Source of the DNA: Flavobacteriales bacterium | GTDB lineage: Bacteria; Bacteroidota; Bacteroidia; Flavobacteriales_F; PHOS-HE28 | DNA: 35,070 bases | NCBI GenBank assembly: GCA_034002325.1 | Contig: JAVFAQ010000001.1 | Span: 1-35,070 of the forward strand | Direction: 5' to 3' | Program-made: the position numbers and the translations under genes | Notes under the pieces: model-generated | What the model was told of the DNA's origin: nothing | Seen by the model: only the letters and a program-made list of their open reading frames with translations | The model's database searches: none | Part shown: positions 1-11,833 of the stretch, in pieces | How the letters are laid out: every line of letters begins with the position of its first letter | Numbering within the stretch: the stretch's first letter is position 1

Positions 1-2237
1 TGGAGCACCTGCACCTGCGTTTCCGCGACCATCGATCGGCCTTGGAACTGGCCGGGTACAGCCCGGCCATGCGCATGGCCGGCCGCTTCGGCAGCGAACT
101 CAACGAAGTGTCCCTGGACGGCGACCTGGCCCTGCACCACTGGGACCAGGGCGCGAAACGGGTGCTGGCCGACCGCCGGGCCCACCTGCGGCTGGACATG
201 GCCTTCGGCGGGGCCGACGGCGCCTTCCGCATCACCCGCGGCGAGGTGGACCCCGGCCGCATGCCCCTGGCCGTCACCGTCGACCTCACGCCCACCGCCA
301 CCGGCCACCACCTGGAACTGCGGGCCAACGGTTTCGGTGTGGCGGTGGACAAGGCCCTGGCCCTGCTGCCCGACGCCTTCACCGCCCGCACCCGCGCCTA
401 CGACCTGGGCGGCACCGCCGATGTGGCCCTCTCCTACGTGGGGCCCGTGGAAGCCCCCGGCCCCGCATTCGCCATCGGCGCGCGCCTCACCAACGGCCGC
501 ATGAAGGAGCGCACCACCGGCACGGTGCTCAAGGACATCCAAGGTGAACTCGCCCTGGACCTCACCCCCGAGGGCGTGCCCGCCCGGCTCACCGTGAAGA
601 ACTTCTCCGCCCGCACCGGCAACGGCGAGGTGGGCGGCGATTGGGAGAGCACCGGCCTGGTGAACGCACCGGTGAAGGCCCGCCTGCGCATGGACATGGA
701 CCTGGCCGACCTGATGCACCTGGCCCGGGCGGACACCCTGGCGCAGGTGAGCGGCCGCGTGGTGGCCAACGCCTCGGTGGAAGGCCGGCTGCGCTCCATG
801 GCCGACTTCCGCGCCAGCGACCTGCAGGCCCTGCGCATCCAGGGGCAGGCCGCCCTGCGCAACGCCACCATGAAGGTGAAGGGCATGCGCCACCGCGTGG
901 AGGCCATGGACGCCGACCTGGCGCTGACCGGCAACGATGCCACCGTACACGGCCTCAAGGGCACCGTGCAGGGCAGCACCCTGGAGCTGCGCGGTACCCT
1001 GCGCAACCTCATGCCCTTCCTGCTGTTCGACGGGCAGCAGCTCGCCATCGACGCCGATGCCACATCGCGCCACATCGACCTGGGCACCCTGCTGAGCCGC
1101 ACACCGGCCGGCCGCGCCGACGAGAAGGACTACGCCCTGACGCTGCCCGCCAGCATCGCCCTGGACCTGCGCGCCCGGGTGGACAAGCTCACCTTCGAGG
1201 ACTTCACCGCCACCGACATCCGCGGCACCCTGCACATGCACGACCGCGTGATGCGCGTGGCCCCCGTATCGCTCAACACCGCCGGCGGTGCCGTGCTGGG
1301 CCGGCTCGACCTCGATGCCCGCAGCGCGCCCGGCGCCGCCCACCGCCTGGCCATCGACGCCGACTTCCACGGCATCGACGTGCAGCAGCTCTTCCGCGGC
1401 TTCCAGGATTTCGGCCAGGACTTCATCGGCCACCGCCACCTCAGCGGCACCTCCCGCGCCCATGTGGAATTCCGGGCCCCCCTCGCGCCGGACATGACCA
1501 TCGACCGGCAACAGCTCACCTGCGTGTTCGACATCGGCATCGACAACGGCGCCATCCAAGGCCACCAGCCCCTGATGGACGTGGCCGAGCACCTGCGGAA
1601 GAACAAATTGGTATCGCCCTTCGTGGACACCGGCGAGCTGGAACGCCGCCTCGCCGATGTGCGCTTCGCCCGCTTGGAGAACCGCGTGGAGATCCGCCAT
1701 GGCGCGGTACACATCCCCGAAATGAGCGTGCGCAGCAACGCGCTGGACATCGGCCTGAGCGGCACCCACTGGTTCGACGGCCGCATCGACCACCACTTGG
1801 ACTTCCGGTTGAGCGACCTCTTCCGCATGGGCAAGCCGCAGCGTGATGAGTTCGGGCCCATCGTGGACGACGGCACCGGCATGCGCGTGTTCCTGCACAT
1901 GTACGGCACCACCGCCGATCCGCAGTTCGCCAACGATGGCGCCATGGCCGCCGCCCGCCGCAAGCAGCAGTTCCGGCAGGAGAAGCAGGTGCTGCGTGAC
2001 ATCGTGCGCGAGGACCTGGGCCTGTTCCGGGGCAGGGGAGCGCCGGACGATGCGCCGGCCACGGCCGGCACCGGCGCCACGCCACCGCCCGCCACGCCCC
2101 GGTTCCAGGTGGAGTGGGAGGCCGACAGCGCCACGGTGAAGGCCGGTGACGACCGCGCCAAGCCGCGCAAGGGCAACTGGTGGCGCGAGCGCGACAAAGC
2201 CCCCGAGGAGCAGGTGCGGTTCAAGGTGGAGGATTAG
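1..2237 (+). CDS. AsmA-family protein, C-terminal part (5' end lies upstream of the window)
   Basis: The frame is open from nt 3 to the stop at 2235-2237, so the listed TTG at 42 is not a credible start. The C-terminal region (IDADFHGIDVQQLFRGF ... NRVEIRHGAVHIPEMSVRSNALDIGLSGTHWFDGRIDHHLDFRL) resembles the AsmA-like C-terminal domain. It is followed by a low-complexity Pro/Ala tail. Confidence 0.6.
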   Translation, partial: EHLHLRFRDHRSALELAGYSPAMRMAGRFGSELNEVSLDGDLALHHWDQGAKRVLADRRAHLRLDMAFGGADGAFRITRGEVDPGRMPLAVTVDLTPTATGHHLELRANGFGVAVDKALALLPDAFTARTRAYDLGGTADVALSYVGPVEAPGPAFAIGARLTNGRMKERTTGTVLKDIQGELALDLTPEGVPARLTVKNFSARTGNGEVGGDWESTGLVNAPVKARLRMDMDLADLMHLARADTLAQVSGRVVANASVEGRLRSMADFRASDLQALRIQGQAALRNATMKVKGMRHRVEAMDADLALTGNDATVHGLKGTVQGSTLELRGTLRNLMPFLLFDGQQLAIDADATSRHIDLGTLLSRTPAGRADEKDYALTLPASIALDLRARVDKLTFEDFTATDIRGTLHMHDRVMRVAPVSLNTAGGAVLGRLDLDARSAPGAAHRLAIDADFHGIDVQQLFRGFQDFGQDFIGHRHLSGTSRAHVEFRAPLAPDMTIDRQQLTCVFDIGIDNGAIQGHQPLMDVAEHLRKNKLVSPFVDTGELERRLADVRFARLENRVEIRHGAVHIPEMSVRSNALDIGLSGTHWFDGRIDHHLDFRLSDLFRMGKPQRDEFGPIVDDGTGMRVFLHMYGTTADPQFANDGAMAAARRKQQFRQEKQVLRDIVREDLGLFRGRGAPDDAPATAGTGATPPPATPRFQVEWEADSATVKAGDDRAKPRKGNWWRERDKAPEEQVRFKVED

Positions 2238-2247
2238 GCTACACGCC

Positions 2248-3759
2248 TCAGGGCTGGACCACCAAGCGAGCACTGTGCGGCACCCTGCCCATGCCCTGCA
2301 GCTCCACCACATACACGCCAGGGGCCAGCTCACGCGTATCCCATACGCGCTGCCCTTGTTCCCCTGCGGCCTTCAACTGGTGCAGCACACGCCCACCCGC
2401 ATCACGCACCACCAAAGTCACTTCACCGTTATACCCAGGGAGGTGATAGTTCATGGCCACCCAATGGCTGGCGGGGTTGGGGTGCAGGCGCAGAGCGGGC
2501 GGCTTGGACGGCGGTGCCTCCTGCACCTGGGTGGGACTGTCCTTCTCCACCAGCAAACGGCTCACAAAACGCTGGGTGGGATCGGTGATCTCCCCATCGC
2601 CATAGCCTACATATTGCCCACAGATGTAGATCGCGGAAGTGTCCGCGTTGGGCAATACATCGACGATCGTGGAGGACGTGATGCTCCCATCCACAAAGTT
2701 GCCCATCCAATTCCCGGCAAAGGCCGGTAACAATTGGCCCGTGCTATCGATCATGCAGAGGCCATGCCGGGGCTCGCCGTTGACATACTTGAAATCACCT
2801 GTGACCAATAGACCCCCCTCTGCCCATGGCATGACCCGGTAGACATACGGGCCAAAAGGCGCGGTCAGCCCTTCGCCCGAAGCGAATTGAGGGATCGTGA
2901 AAGCGGGGTCCAAGCTGCCATCCGGCATGAAACGCGCCAGCCCCAAGGTGTCATTGGGCGCTGCGCTGCGCCGAAAGTTCCCACCGGCATATACGCGGCC
3001 ATCGGGAAGCGGTAGGAAGGTGCGAGCATCGCCGATGAACACCCCGGTGCGGAAGGTGGTGTCGGGAATGCCCAAGGAATCGGTACGGAAGATCCAGTCC
3101 ACGGCATGGTCCTCGAAGGTGGTGCAGGTGCTGGTGCAGATGAAGCCGCCTTGGTATGGTCCGGGCGGCAGTTCCTGAATGTGGCCCACCCAGCAGTGGT
3201 TCCCCTTGCGGTGGATGCGGGTAGTATCCAGGTAGCCCTCATTGCTGAACCAGATCAGGTTGTGCCGTCCTATGAAGCCCCGTGTACTATCGCTGAGGAA
3301 GTGCTGCCCGGTCATCAGGATCCGGCCATCGGGGTAGGCATGATAGTCGCCATTGAAGTGGTTGGAGAAGTACGGCCCCGAGTTCATGTGGATGAACGTT
3401 GGGTCCAACAGGCCCTCCGGGTCCAACCGCCTAACCAGGCCGGTACTCACATAGAATCGATCCGCCCAAGGCGTGATCCGATGGCCTCCATGTCCGTGCG
3501 GGAACGACGGCACCCGATCACCGTCCAGATCGATCAATGCCAAGTATCGTTCTGGAACGGTGATCTCATCTTCGAGAAACCGGACGATTCCGGATAGAAG
3601 AATCTCTCCTGTGGAAAGGAAGGCCATGGAATTCACGTTCCTCATGGTTATGCTGGTCCGGAAGGCCGTATCCAGCCGGAAGTTCCATTGGCCCAATGCC
3701 ACGGTGGCCACCAACAAGGCGGCCACCGTGTGCATCGTTCTACTCAGGAGGGCGCTCAT
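2248..3759 (-). CDS. Secreted repeat protein (delta-60-like G-x-LD-x-x-F repeats) with T9SS type-A C-terminal sorting domain
   Basis: N-terminal signal peptide (MHTVAALLVATVALGQ). Recurrent LDPTF / PDTTF / LDPAF / LLPAF repeat motifs. C-terminal LRLHPNPASHWVAMNY...VTLVVRDAGGRVL...LAPGVYVVELQ...LVVQP matches the Por/T9SS CTD pattern. G+C is lower than in the flanks. Confidence 0.8.
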   Translation of the reverse strand: MSALLSRTMHTVAALLVATVALGQWNFRLDTAFRTSITMRNVNSMAFLSTGEILLSGIVRFLEDEITVPERYLALIDLDGDRVPSFPHGHGGHRITPWADRFYVSTGLVRRLDPEGLLDPTFIHMNSGPYFSNHFNGDYHAYPDGRILMTGQHFLSDSTRGFIGRHNLIWFSNEGYLDTTRIHRKGNHCWVGHIQELPPGPYQGGFICTSTCTTFEDHAVDWIFRTDSLGIPDTTFRTGVFIGDARTFLPLPDGRVYAGGNFRRSAAPNDTLGLARFMPDGSLDPAFTIPQFASGEGLTAPFGPYVYRVMPWAEGGLLVTGDFKYVNGEPRHGLCMIDSTGQLLPAFAGNWMGNFVDGSITSSTIVDVLPNADTSAIYICGQYVGYGDGEITDPTQRFVSRLLVEKDSPTQVQEAPPSKPPALRLHPNPASHWVAMNYHLPGYNGEVTLVVRDAGGRVLHQLKAAGEQGQRVWDTRELAPGVYVVELQGMGRVPHSARLVVQP

Positions 3760-4493
3760 CAGGGCTGTACCACCAAGCGCTCGGTATATTCAAGGTGGCC
3801 TTCCCGCCGGAGCTCCACCGTATAGATACCGGGGGCGAGGCTTCGGGTATCCCATACGCGCTGGCCTTCTTGGCCAGCGGCTGTCAATTGCCCGAATAAT
3901 CGGCCTTGGGCATCGCGCACCACCAAATTTACGGCACCCGTATGTCCGGGCAACAGGTAGCTTATGGCCACCCAACTTTGGGCGGGGTTCGGGTGTAATT
4001 GTAGGGCAGGCGGGGCGGCCGGGGGCGCTTCCTTCCGGGGGTGGTGCCGCTTAGGGCCGGCCTCACCGCCGCCGGTATAAGGTGCCCGGCAATGGCCATA
4101 CGCGGCGCAGAGCAAGTTGCCGGCCCAGACAGAGGGGCGGTCGTAATGATCGCCCACCAAGGCGATCAACGTCTGCACCTCGGTACTATCCAACTGGTAG
4201 GCATCGCGTTCATCGTTCGCGGCCGCCAGCAATACGCCGATGTAATCGGCCATGCGGCCGCGCTCGGCCTCCTCATGGGCGCGCAGGGGCCGCTCCTGCG
4301 CCATGGCCTGCACCACGGCGAGGGCACCGGCATGGTCTTCCATGTTCATCGATCCTCCGCAGTGACCCCGAATTCGGGATCCTGCGATCTCAACCTCGTG
4401 CTTCCCGGTCATATCATGGTGGTCCATGCCCACCAAGGTAGGAATGTGGCCGTTGGCATCGTACCCGTATTCGCTCTTGTGGCGCTCGGGCAC
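3759..4493 (-). CDS. T9SS C-terminal sorting domain protein lacking a recognisable signal peptide (start uncertain)
   Basis: The C-terminal ~85 aa (LQLHPNPAQSWVAISY...VNLVVRDAQGRLF...LAPGIYTVELR...LVVQP) are paralogous to the CTD of the downstream gene. The stop overlaps the next start (TGATG at 3759). GTG start, with an in-frame stop 4 codons upstream (4506-4508). No hydrophobic N-terminus. Confidence 0.6.
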   Translation of the reverse strand: MPERHKSEYGYDANGHIPTLVGMDHHDMTGKHEVEIAGSRIRGHCGGSMNMEDHAGALAVVQAMAQERPLRAHEEAERGRMADYIGVLLAAANDERDAYQLDSTEVQTLIALVGDHYDRPSVWAGNLLCAAYGHCRAPYTGGGEAGPKRHHPRKEAPPAAPPALQLHPNPAQSWVAISYLLPGHTGAVNLVVRDAQGRLFGQLTAAGQEGQRVWDTRSLAPGIYTVELRREGHLEYTERLVVQP

Positions 4494-4668
4494 GATCGGA
4501 GATGTTCACTGGAGCGCAGGGTCCACTTCGTGAAACCCGGCGGAGGCTTGTGCGCGGTGGGCGATCAGCGGCCATGCTGTATGAGATCAAGCGGCCACCC
4601 GGTGGCGTTGCGGATCATGCGCCCTGGGCCGCGCCCTACCCCCGCATTCCCGATCTTCACGCCCCCCG

Positions 4669-6207
4669 ATGGACCTCTATTCGCGCAAACAACGTTGGAA
4701 GTTGGTGCTGGCCGTGGTGGCCATGGTCATCGTGGGCGCATCGCTGTACTACAGCAACCATATCGTGGAGGAGGTGCGCGAGAGCGAGCGGCGGAAGGTG
4801 CGCCTCTGGGCGGAAGCCGTTCAGAACCGCGCCGAGCTGGTGAACTATACCGAGCGTCTCTTCCAGCGCCTGCGCGAGGAGGAGCGCAAGAAGGTGCGCC
4901 TCTTCGCCGAGGCCCAGATGCGCTTGGTGAGCGGCAACGATGCCGACCTCACCTTCTACCTGAGCGTGATCACCGACAACACCACCATCCCGGTGATCAT
5001 CGCCGATGCCCACGGCGCGGTGAAGTTCCACCGCAACCTGGACGAGGAGGTGGTGCAGGACACCGCCCTGTTGCGCCAGGAGCTCGATGCCATGGCCGCC
5101 ATGCACACCCCGATCCCCATCGCCGTGCATGACCAGCGGCAATACCTGCACTACAAGGATTCCAAGGTGGTGACCGAGCTGCAGGAAGTGATGGACGGGA
5201 TCATCCGCTCGTTCATCTCCGAAACGGTGATGAGCGCCGCCGCGGTGCCCGTGGTGCTCACCGACAGCACGCGCCGCCGGGTGATCGAGCACGGCCACAT
5301 CGACCCGGAGGTCGCCCGGGACAGCATCGCCATGCGGCTGCGCATCGCCGCCATGGAGAAGGCCGTCCCGCCCATCGCCATCGACCTGCCCGGCCAGGGG
5401 CGCCACTACATCTTCCACGAGGAGAGCCTGGTGATCACGCGCCTGCGCTACTTCCCCTACGTGCAGCTGATCATCCTGGGCCTGTTCCTGATCGTGGCCT
5501 ACGCGCTGTTCAGCATCTTCCGCAACGCCGAGCAGAACCAGGTGTGGGTGGGCATGGCCAAGGAAACGGCCCACCAGCTGGGCACCCCCTTGAGCTCGCT
5601 CATGGCCTGGATGGAACTGCTCAAGGAGCAGGGGGTGGACCCCGGCGCCATGCAGGAGATGCGCAAGGACGTGGACCGGCTGGGGGTGATCACCGAGCGC
5701 TTCAGCAAGATCGGCTCCGCGCCGGACCTGGTGCCCGAGAAGCTGTACCACGTGTTGCGCGCCACGGTGCTCTACCTGCGGCCGCGGCTGCCGGCCCAGG
5801 CGCAGATCGAGGTGGAGCCGCCGCCGGACACCGAGCTCACCGTGCCCCTGAACCGGGCCCTGTTCAGCTGGGTGGTGGAGAACCTGATCCGCAACGCCGT
5901 GGACGCCATGGAGGGCACCGGCCGCATCACCCTCACGGTGGTGCCCGAAGGCAGCGAGGTACACATCGACGTGGCCGATACCGGCAAGGGCATCCCGACC
6001 TCGCAGCACAAGACCGTGTTCCGACCGGGCTTCACCACCAAGAAGCGCGGCTGGGGCCTGGGGCTCTCGCTCACCAAGCGCATCATCGAGCAGTACCACG
6101 ACGGCCGCATCTTCGTGAAGCGCAGCGTGCCCGGCCACGGCACTACCTTCCGGATCACCTTGAAGCAAGGTGTGCTGCACCGGGCCCTGGTGAAGGAGGG
6201 CGAGTGA
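4669..6207 (+). CDS. Membrane sensor histidine kinase
   Basis: N-terminal TM helix (WKLVLAVVAMVIVGASLYY) and a second TM (YVQLIILGLFLIVAYALF). H-box AHQLGTPLSSLMAW. HATPase_c N/G boxes (ENLIRNAVDAM, DTGKGIP, GWGLGLSLTKRII). Confidence 0.9.
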   Translation: MDLYSRKQRWKLVLAVVAMVIVGASLYYSNHIVEEVRESERRKVRLWAEAVQNRAELVNYTERLFQRLREEERKKVRLFAEAQMRLVSGNDADLTFYLSVITDNTTIPVIIADAHGAVKFHRNLDEEVVQDTALLRQELDAMAAMHTPIPIAVHDQRQYLHYKDSKVVTELQEVMDGIIRSFISETVMSAAAVPVVLTDSTRRRVIEHGHIDPEVARDSIAMRLRIAAMEKAVPPIAIDLPGQGRHYIFHEESLVITRLRYFPYVQLIILGLFLIVAYALFSIFRNAEQNQVWVGMAKETAHQLGTPLSSLMAWMELLKEQGVDPGAMQEMRKDVDRLGVITERFSKIGSAPDLVPEKLYHVLRATVLYLRPRLPAQAQIEVEPPPDTELTVPLNRALFSWVVENLIRNAVDAMEGTGRITLTVVPEGSEVHIDVADTGKGIPTSQHKTVFRPGFTTKKRGWGLGLSLTKRIIEQYHDGRIFVKRSVPGHGTTFRITLKQGVLHRALVKEGE

Positions 6208-6266
6208 CCGGCCGGCCGCGACCGGGCACCGCCCTGCCGACCTTTGCCCCGTGATCCCCGAACGCC

Positions 6267-7394
6267 ATGCCCGGCCTCTACCTCCACATCCCCTTCTGCC
6301 GCCGGGCCTGCACCTATTGCGATTTCCATTTCAGCACTTCGGAGAAGGGCCGGGAGGCGTTGTTGGACGCCATGGCCCACGAGATGCGTGCGCGGGCCGG
6401 CGAGGCCAACGGTGGACCGGTGGCCACCATCTACTTCGGGGGCGGCACGCCCAGCTTGCTGGCACCGGAAGGCATCGCAGCGTTCATGCAGCAGGCCGGG
6501 GCGCTCTTCCCGGTGGAGGCCGATGCGGAAGTGACCCTGGAGGCCAATCCGGACGATGTGACCGCCGATCGCCTCACGGCATGGCGTGAAGCGGGCATCA
6601 CCCGGATCAGCCTCGGCACGCAGAGCTTCCGCGATGACCGCTTGAAGTGGATGGGCCGCGCCCACGATGCACGGCAGGCCTTGGCCAGCATCGGCCTGAT
6701 CGCCAACGCCGGGTTCACCAGCTGGACCATCGACCTGATCTACGGCCTGCCCGGCATGTCGCTCATCGAATGGGACGAGCAGCTCACCATCGCGCTGGAC
6801 CAAGGCCTGCCGCACCTCAGCGCCTACTGCCTCACCGTGGAGCCGCGCACGGCCCTGGCCCATCAGGTGCGGCAGCGCATGGTGGCCATGCCCGGCGACG
6901 CGGACCAGAGCGCGCAGTTCGACCGGCTGATGGAGCGCATGGAGCGGGCCGGGCTGGACCATTACGAGATCAGCAACTTCGGCCGGCCCGGCCATTGGTC
7001 GCGCCACAACACCAGCTATTGGGAGGGCGTGCCCTACATCGGCATCGGGCCGTCGGCGCACTCCTTCGATGGCCGCACGCGCCGCTGGAACGTGGCGAAC
7101 AACGCCCGCTACACCCGCTCCCTCGCCGACGGCACGCCGTACTGGGAAAGCGAGACGCTCACGCCCGCGCAGCGCACCAACGAGCGCCTGATGACCGGCC
7201 TGCGCACCACACGCGGGGTGGACGTGGCGGCCTTGGAGCGTGATGCCCTGCGCATCAACGCGGGCGCCTTCCGCCGCCATGTGGAGCGCGGCCAGCTCAC
7301 GTTGGCCGAAGGGCGGTTAGCTTTGACCAGGGCGGGGCGCCATTTCGCGGACCGGATCGCCTCGGACCTGTTCGTCACCGACGATGATCGCTGA
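6267..7394 (+). CDS. hemW: Radical SAM heme chaperone HemW (oxygen-independent coproporphyrinogen oxidase-like)
   Basis: LYLHIPFCRRACTYCDFHF CxxxCxxC radical-SAM motif, GGGTPS motif, ~375 aa HemN-like length and C-terminal HemN_C-like region. Confidence 0.9.
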   Translation: MPGLYLHIPFCRRACTYCDFHFSTSEKGREALLDAMAHEMRARAGEANGGPVATIYFGGGTPSLLAPEGIAAFMQQAGALFPVEADAEVTLEANPDDVTADRLTAWREAGITRISLGTQSFRDDRLKWMGRAHDARQALASIGLIANAGFTSWTIDLIYGLPGMSLIEWDEQLTIALDQGLPHLSAYCLTVEPRTALAHQVRQRMVAMPGDADQSAQFDRLMERMERAGLDHYEISNFGRPGHWSRHNTSYWEGVPYIGIGPSAHSFDGRTRRWNVANNARYTRSLADGTPYWESETLTPAQRTNERLMTGLRTTRGVDVAALERDALRINAGAFRRHVERGQLTLAEGRLALTRAGRHFADRIASDLFVTDDDR

Positions 7395-8145
7395 GATCAC
7401 CCACCATGGCCGCCGGTTCCGCGTGGACCTGGCGCGCCCCATCAGCCTGGCCCACCCCCTGCACGACGGCCCCGGGCAACTGCGGGCCTGGTGGGTGGAC
7501 CCCGTGCGCATGGAGCCCGTGCAGGCCGACGGCAAGACCTACGCCGTGCGGGCCGGCGCACCGGTGAACTTCCGGAACATCGTCTTCAACCCGCACGGCC
7601 ATGGCACCCACACCGAGAGCGTGGGCCACATCACCCCGGAGGTGCATCCCGTGGGCGGCCTGCTCAAGCGCTACTTCTTCATCGCCCAGGTGGTGAGCGT
7701 GCGTCCCGGCGAGCGCCGCCGCAGCGACGGCCGCACCGACGCGATCATCAGCCTGGAACAACTACGACAAACCGTGTCGGACCACCCCCCCGAGGCCCTG
7801 GTGGTGCGCACCCTGCCGCACGCCCACCGCGGTGACCACGATTGGAGCGGCACCAACCCGCCCTACCTGGAGAGCACCGCCTGCGCCTGGCTGCGCAGCA
7901 TCGGCGTGAAGCATTTGCTGGTGGACCTGCCCAGCGTGGACCGCGAGGAGGACGACGGCGCATTGGCCGCGCACCACGCCTTCTGGGACCACCCGCACAC
8001 GGTGGACCTGGACCGGACCATCACCGAGCTGGTCCACGTGCCCGCCGAGGTGCGCGACGGCGACCACTTGCTGGAGCTGCAGCTGCCGCACTTCATGAAC
8101 GACGCCGCCCCCAGCCGCCCCGTGCTCTACGCGCTGCTGCCTTGA
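7384..8145 (+). CDS. Cyclase-family (kynurenine formamidase-like) protein
   Basis: 253 aa. His-rich metal motif PHGHGTHTESVGHI resembles the putative-cyclase/arylformamidase signature. The start overlaps the hemW stop by 11 nt. Confidence 0.6.
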   Translation: MIAEITHHGRRFRVDLARPISLAHPLHDGPGQLRAWWVDPVRMEPVQADGKTYAVRAGAPVNFRNIVFNPHGHGTHTESVGHITPEVHPVGGLLKRYFFIAQVVSVRPGERRRSDGRTDAIISLEQLRQTVSDHPPEALVVRTLPHAHRGDHDWSGTNPPYLESTACAWLRSIGVKHLLVDLPSVDREEDDGALAAHHAFWDHPHTVDLDRTITELVHVPAEVRDGDHLLELQLPHFMNDAAPSRPVLYALLP

Positions 8146-8188
8146 GGCGGTGGCGGGGTGCGAAGCGACCCGGACCCGGAAGCCCCGC

Positions 8189-8938
8189 TCACTCCTTGGT
8201 CACCGTCGCCGCCAGGTATTCCCGGTTCAACCGGGCGATGTGCTCCAGGCTGATCCCCTTGGGGCATTCCACCTCGCAGGCGCCGATGCTGCTGCAATTG
8301 CCGAAGCCCTCCTTGTCCATCTGCTCCACCATGGCCAGGGCACGGCGCTTGGCCTCGGGGCGGCCCTGGGGCAGCAGGGAAAGCTGGCTCACCTTGGCGG
8401 CGGTGAACAGCATGGCGCTGCCGTTGGGGCAGCTGGCCACGCAGGCACCGCAACCGATGCAGGTGGCGGCGTCGAAGGCGGTGTCGGCATCGTCCTTCGG
8501 GATGGGCAGCGCGTTGCCGTCCACCAGGTTGCCGCTGGTGTTCACGCTCACGAAGCCGCCTGCCGCTTGGATGCGGTCGAAGGCGCCGCGATGCACCGCA
8601 AGGTCCTTGATCACCGGGAAGGCCGCGCTGCGGAAGGGTTCCACGTAGATGGTGTCGCCGTCCTTGAACTTGCGCATGTGCAGTTGGCAGGTGGTGATGC
8701 CCCGGCCCGGGCCGTGCGCTTCGCCGTTGATGAAGAGACTGCACATGCCGCAGATGCCTTCACGGCAATCGTGGTCGAAGGCGATGGGGTCCTCGCCCTT
8801 GCGCACGAGGTCGTCGTTCAGCACGTCGAGCATCTCCAGGAACGACATGTCCTCGGAAACGCCGTCCACCGGGTAATCGACGATCTTGCCTTTGTCGTTG
8901 GGGCCGGCCTGGCGCCACACCTTCAATGTCAGCTTCAT
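8189..8938 (-). CDS. sdhB: Succinate dehydrogenase/fumarate reductase iron-sulfur subunit
   Basis: 2Fe-2S (CREGICGMC), 4Fe-4S ([12 protein letters not shown]) and 3Fe-4S ([12 protein letters not shown]) cysteine clusters. Last gene of the sdhCAB operon. Confidence 0.95.
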   Translation of the reverse strand: MKLTLKVWRQAGPNDKGKIVDYPVDGVSEDMSFLEMLDVLNDDLVRKGEDPIAFDHDCREGICGMCSLFINGEAHGPGRGITTCQLHMRKFKDGDTIYVEPFRSAAFPVIKDLAVHRGAFDRIQAAGGFVSVNTSGNLVDGNALPIPKDDADTAFDAATCIGCGACVASCPNGSAMLFTAAKVSQLSLLPQGRPEAKRRALAMVEQMDKEGFGNCSSIGACEVECPKGISLEHIARLNREYLAATVTKE

Positions 8939-8966
8939 GTTGCCCTTGTTCCTATCGTTTCGGTAG

Positions 8967-8996
8967 GTCGACCCATTGGGTCGACGCTACGGGTGC
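8967..8996. repeat. Palindromic element GTCGACCCATTGGGTCGACGCTACGGGTGC (sdhA-sdhB spacer), copy 1 of 2
   Basis: 8-bp perfect stem GTCGACCC/GGGTCGAC. 27/30 identical to 26140-26169, same orientation. Confidence 0.8.
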
Positions 8997-9020
8997 GTTG
9001 ATGAAAGATCCGGTCGTGGC

Positions 9021-11036
<2,016 letters not shown>

Positions 11037-11050
11037 GGAATGCGGAATGC

Positions 11051-11125
11051 GTTACGGGTTGGCGTGTTGCGTGTTGCGTGTTGCCGCGCATCCAACGCGC
11101 AACACGTAACCCGTCAACACGCAAC
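11051..11125. repeat. Imperfect hairpin element built from GCGTGTT heptamers (x3 tandem) and complementary GCAACAC units, in the sdhC-sdhA spacer
   Basis: GCGTGTT at 11062-11082 in tandem. Complementary CGCGCAACACGTAACCCGTCAACACGCAAC lies downstream. ACGGGTT (11054-11060) pairs with AACCCGT (11108-11114). Confidence 0.7.
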
Positions 11126-11152
11126 GAGAGATGCATCTATGTGCGGCAGAAC

Positions 11153-11827
11153 TCATGCGTTCACGAACATCCACACGGGTATCAAGGCGAAGAAGATGGG
11201 CACCACCACGCTGAAGAACACGCCCACGCCCTTGATGAACGGGGTGTACCGCGGGTGGACCAGGCCCAGCGACCGGAAGGCGCTCTGGAAGCCGTGCATC
11301 AGATGGAAGGCCAGCACGCCCATGGCCAGCACGTAGAGCACCACGTACCACCACTGGGTGAAGGCGGCGGCCACCACGGTGTACAGGTCCTTGTTGCCGT
11401 TGGCGTCGGGGCCCAGGCCGCCCCAGTGCATCGCGTACCAGAAGTGCTTCATGTGCAGCACGATGAACACCAGGATGAGCGTGCCCAGCAGGGCCATGTT
11501 GCTGCTGTACCAGCTGCGGTTGGCGCGGGCGTTCTCGCGCACGTAGCGCACCGGGCGGGCGCGGCGGTTCTGCGCGGCCAGCACCAGCCCGTCCACCGCG
11601 TGGAACAGGATGCTGAAGTAGAGCAGGTAGCTGATCGCCTTCACCAGCGGGAAGGTGGTCATGAACCGGGCATAGGCGTTGAACTTCAACTGCCCTTCCG
11701 GGCTCATGTCCAGCAACTGCAGGTTGCCGGCCAGGTGGGCGATGAGGAAGAGGCAAAGGAAAAGGCCCGTGAGGGCCATCCAGTACTTCTTCACGAGGGA
11801 GGAACCGAGTAGTCCTTGACGAGCCAT
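11153..11827 (-). CDS. sdhC: Succinate dehydrogenase cytochrome b subunit (b558 family)
   Basis: 224 aa polytopic membrane protein with conserved His residues, immediately upstream of sdhA. Preceded by a perfect TAnnTTTG box. Confidence 0.85.
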   Translation of the reverse strand: MARQGLLGSSLVKKYWMALTGLFLCLFLIAHLAGNLQLLDMSPEGQLKFNAYARFMTTFPLVKAISYLLYFSILFHAVDGLVLAAQNRRARPVRYVRENARANRSWYSSNMALLGTLILVFIVLHMKHFWYAMHWGGLGPDANGNKDLYTVVAAAFTQWWYVVLYVLAMGVLAFHLMHGFQSAFRSLGLVHPRYTPFIKGVGVFFSVVVPIFFALIPVWMFVNA

Positions 11828-11833
11828 GATCGC

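Noticed and set aside
4657-6180. 507-aa minus-strand ORF, plus similar shadow ORFs at 5772-7280, 641-1846, 1130-2224, 8150-9001, 9657-11336, 17520-19370, 19818-20939, 24550-25608, 29526-30734, 31209-33380 and 33418-34710
   Set aside because: All of them overlap genes with clear family signatures, either on the opposite strand or in another frame. They translate to Arg/Ala/Gly/Pro/His-rich strings without motifs.
8153-8188. GCGGGG...CCCCGC stem between the cyclase gene and sdhB, considered as a bidirectional terminator
   Set aside because: It has only a 6-bp stem with a 24-nt loop and no U-tract, which is too weak to call.
11062-11082. Tandem GCGTGTT heptamers, and other short tandem units, considered as a CRISPR array or VNTR
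   Set aside because: There are only three 7-nt units with no spacers. They form one arm of an imperfect hairpin, which is not CRISPR-like.
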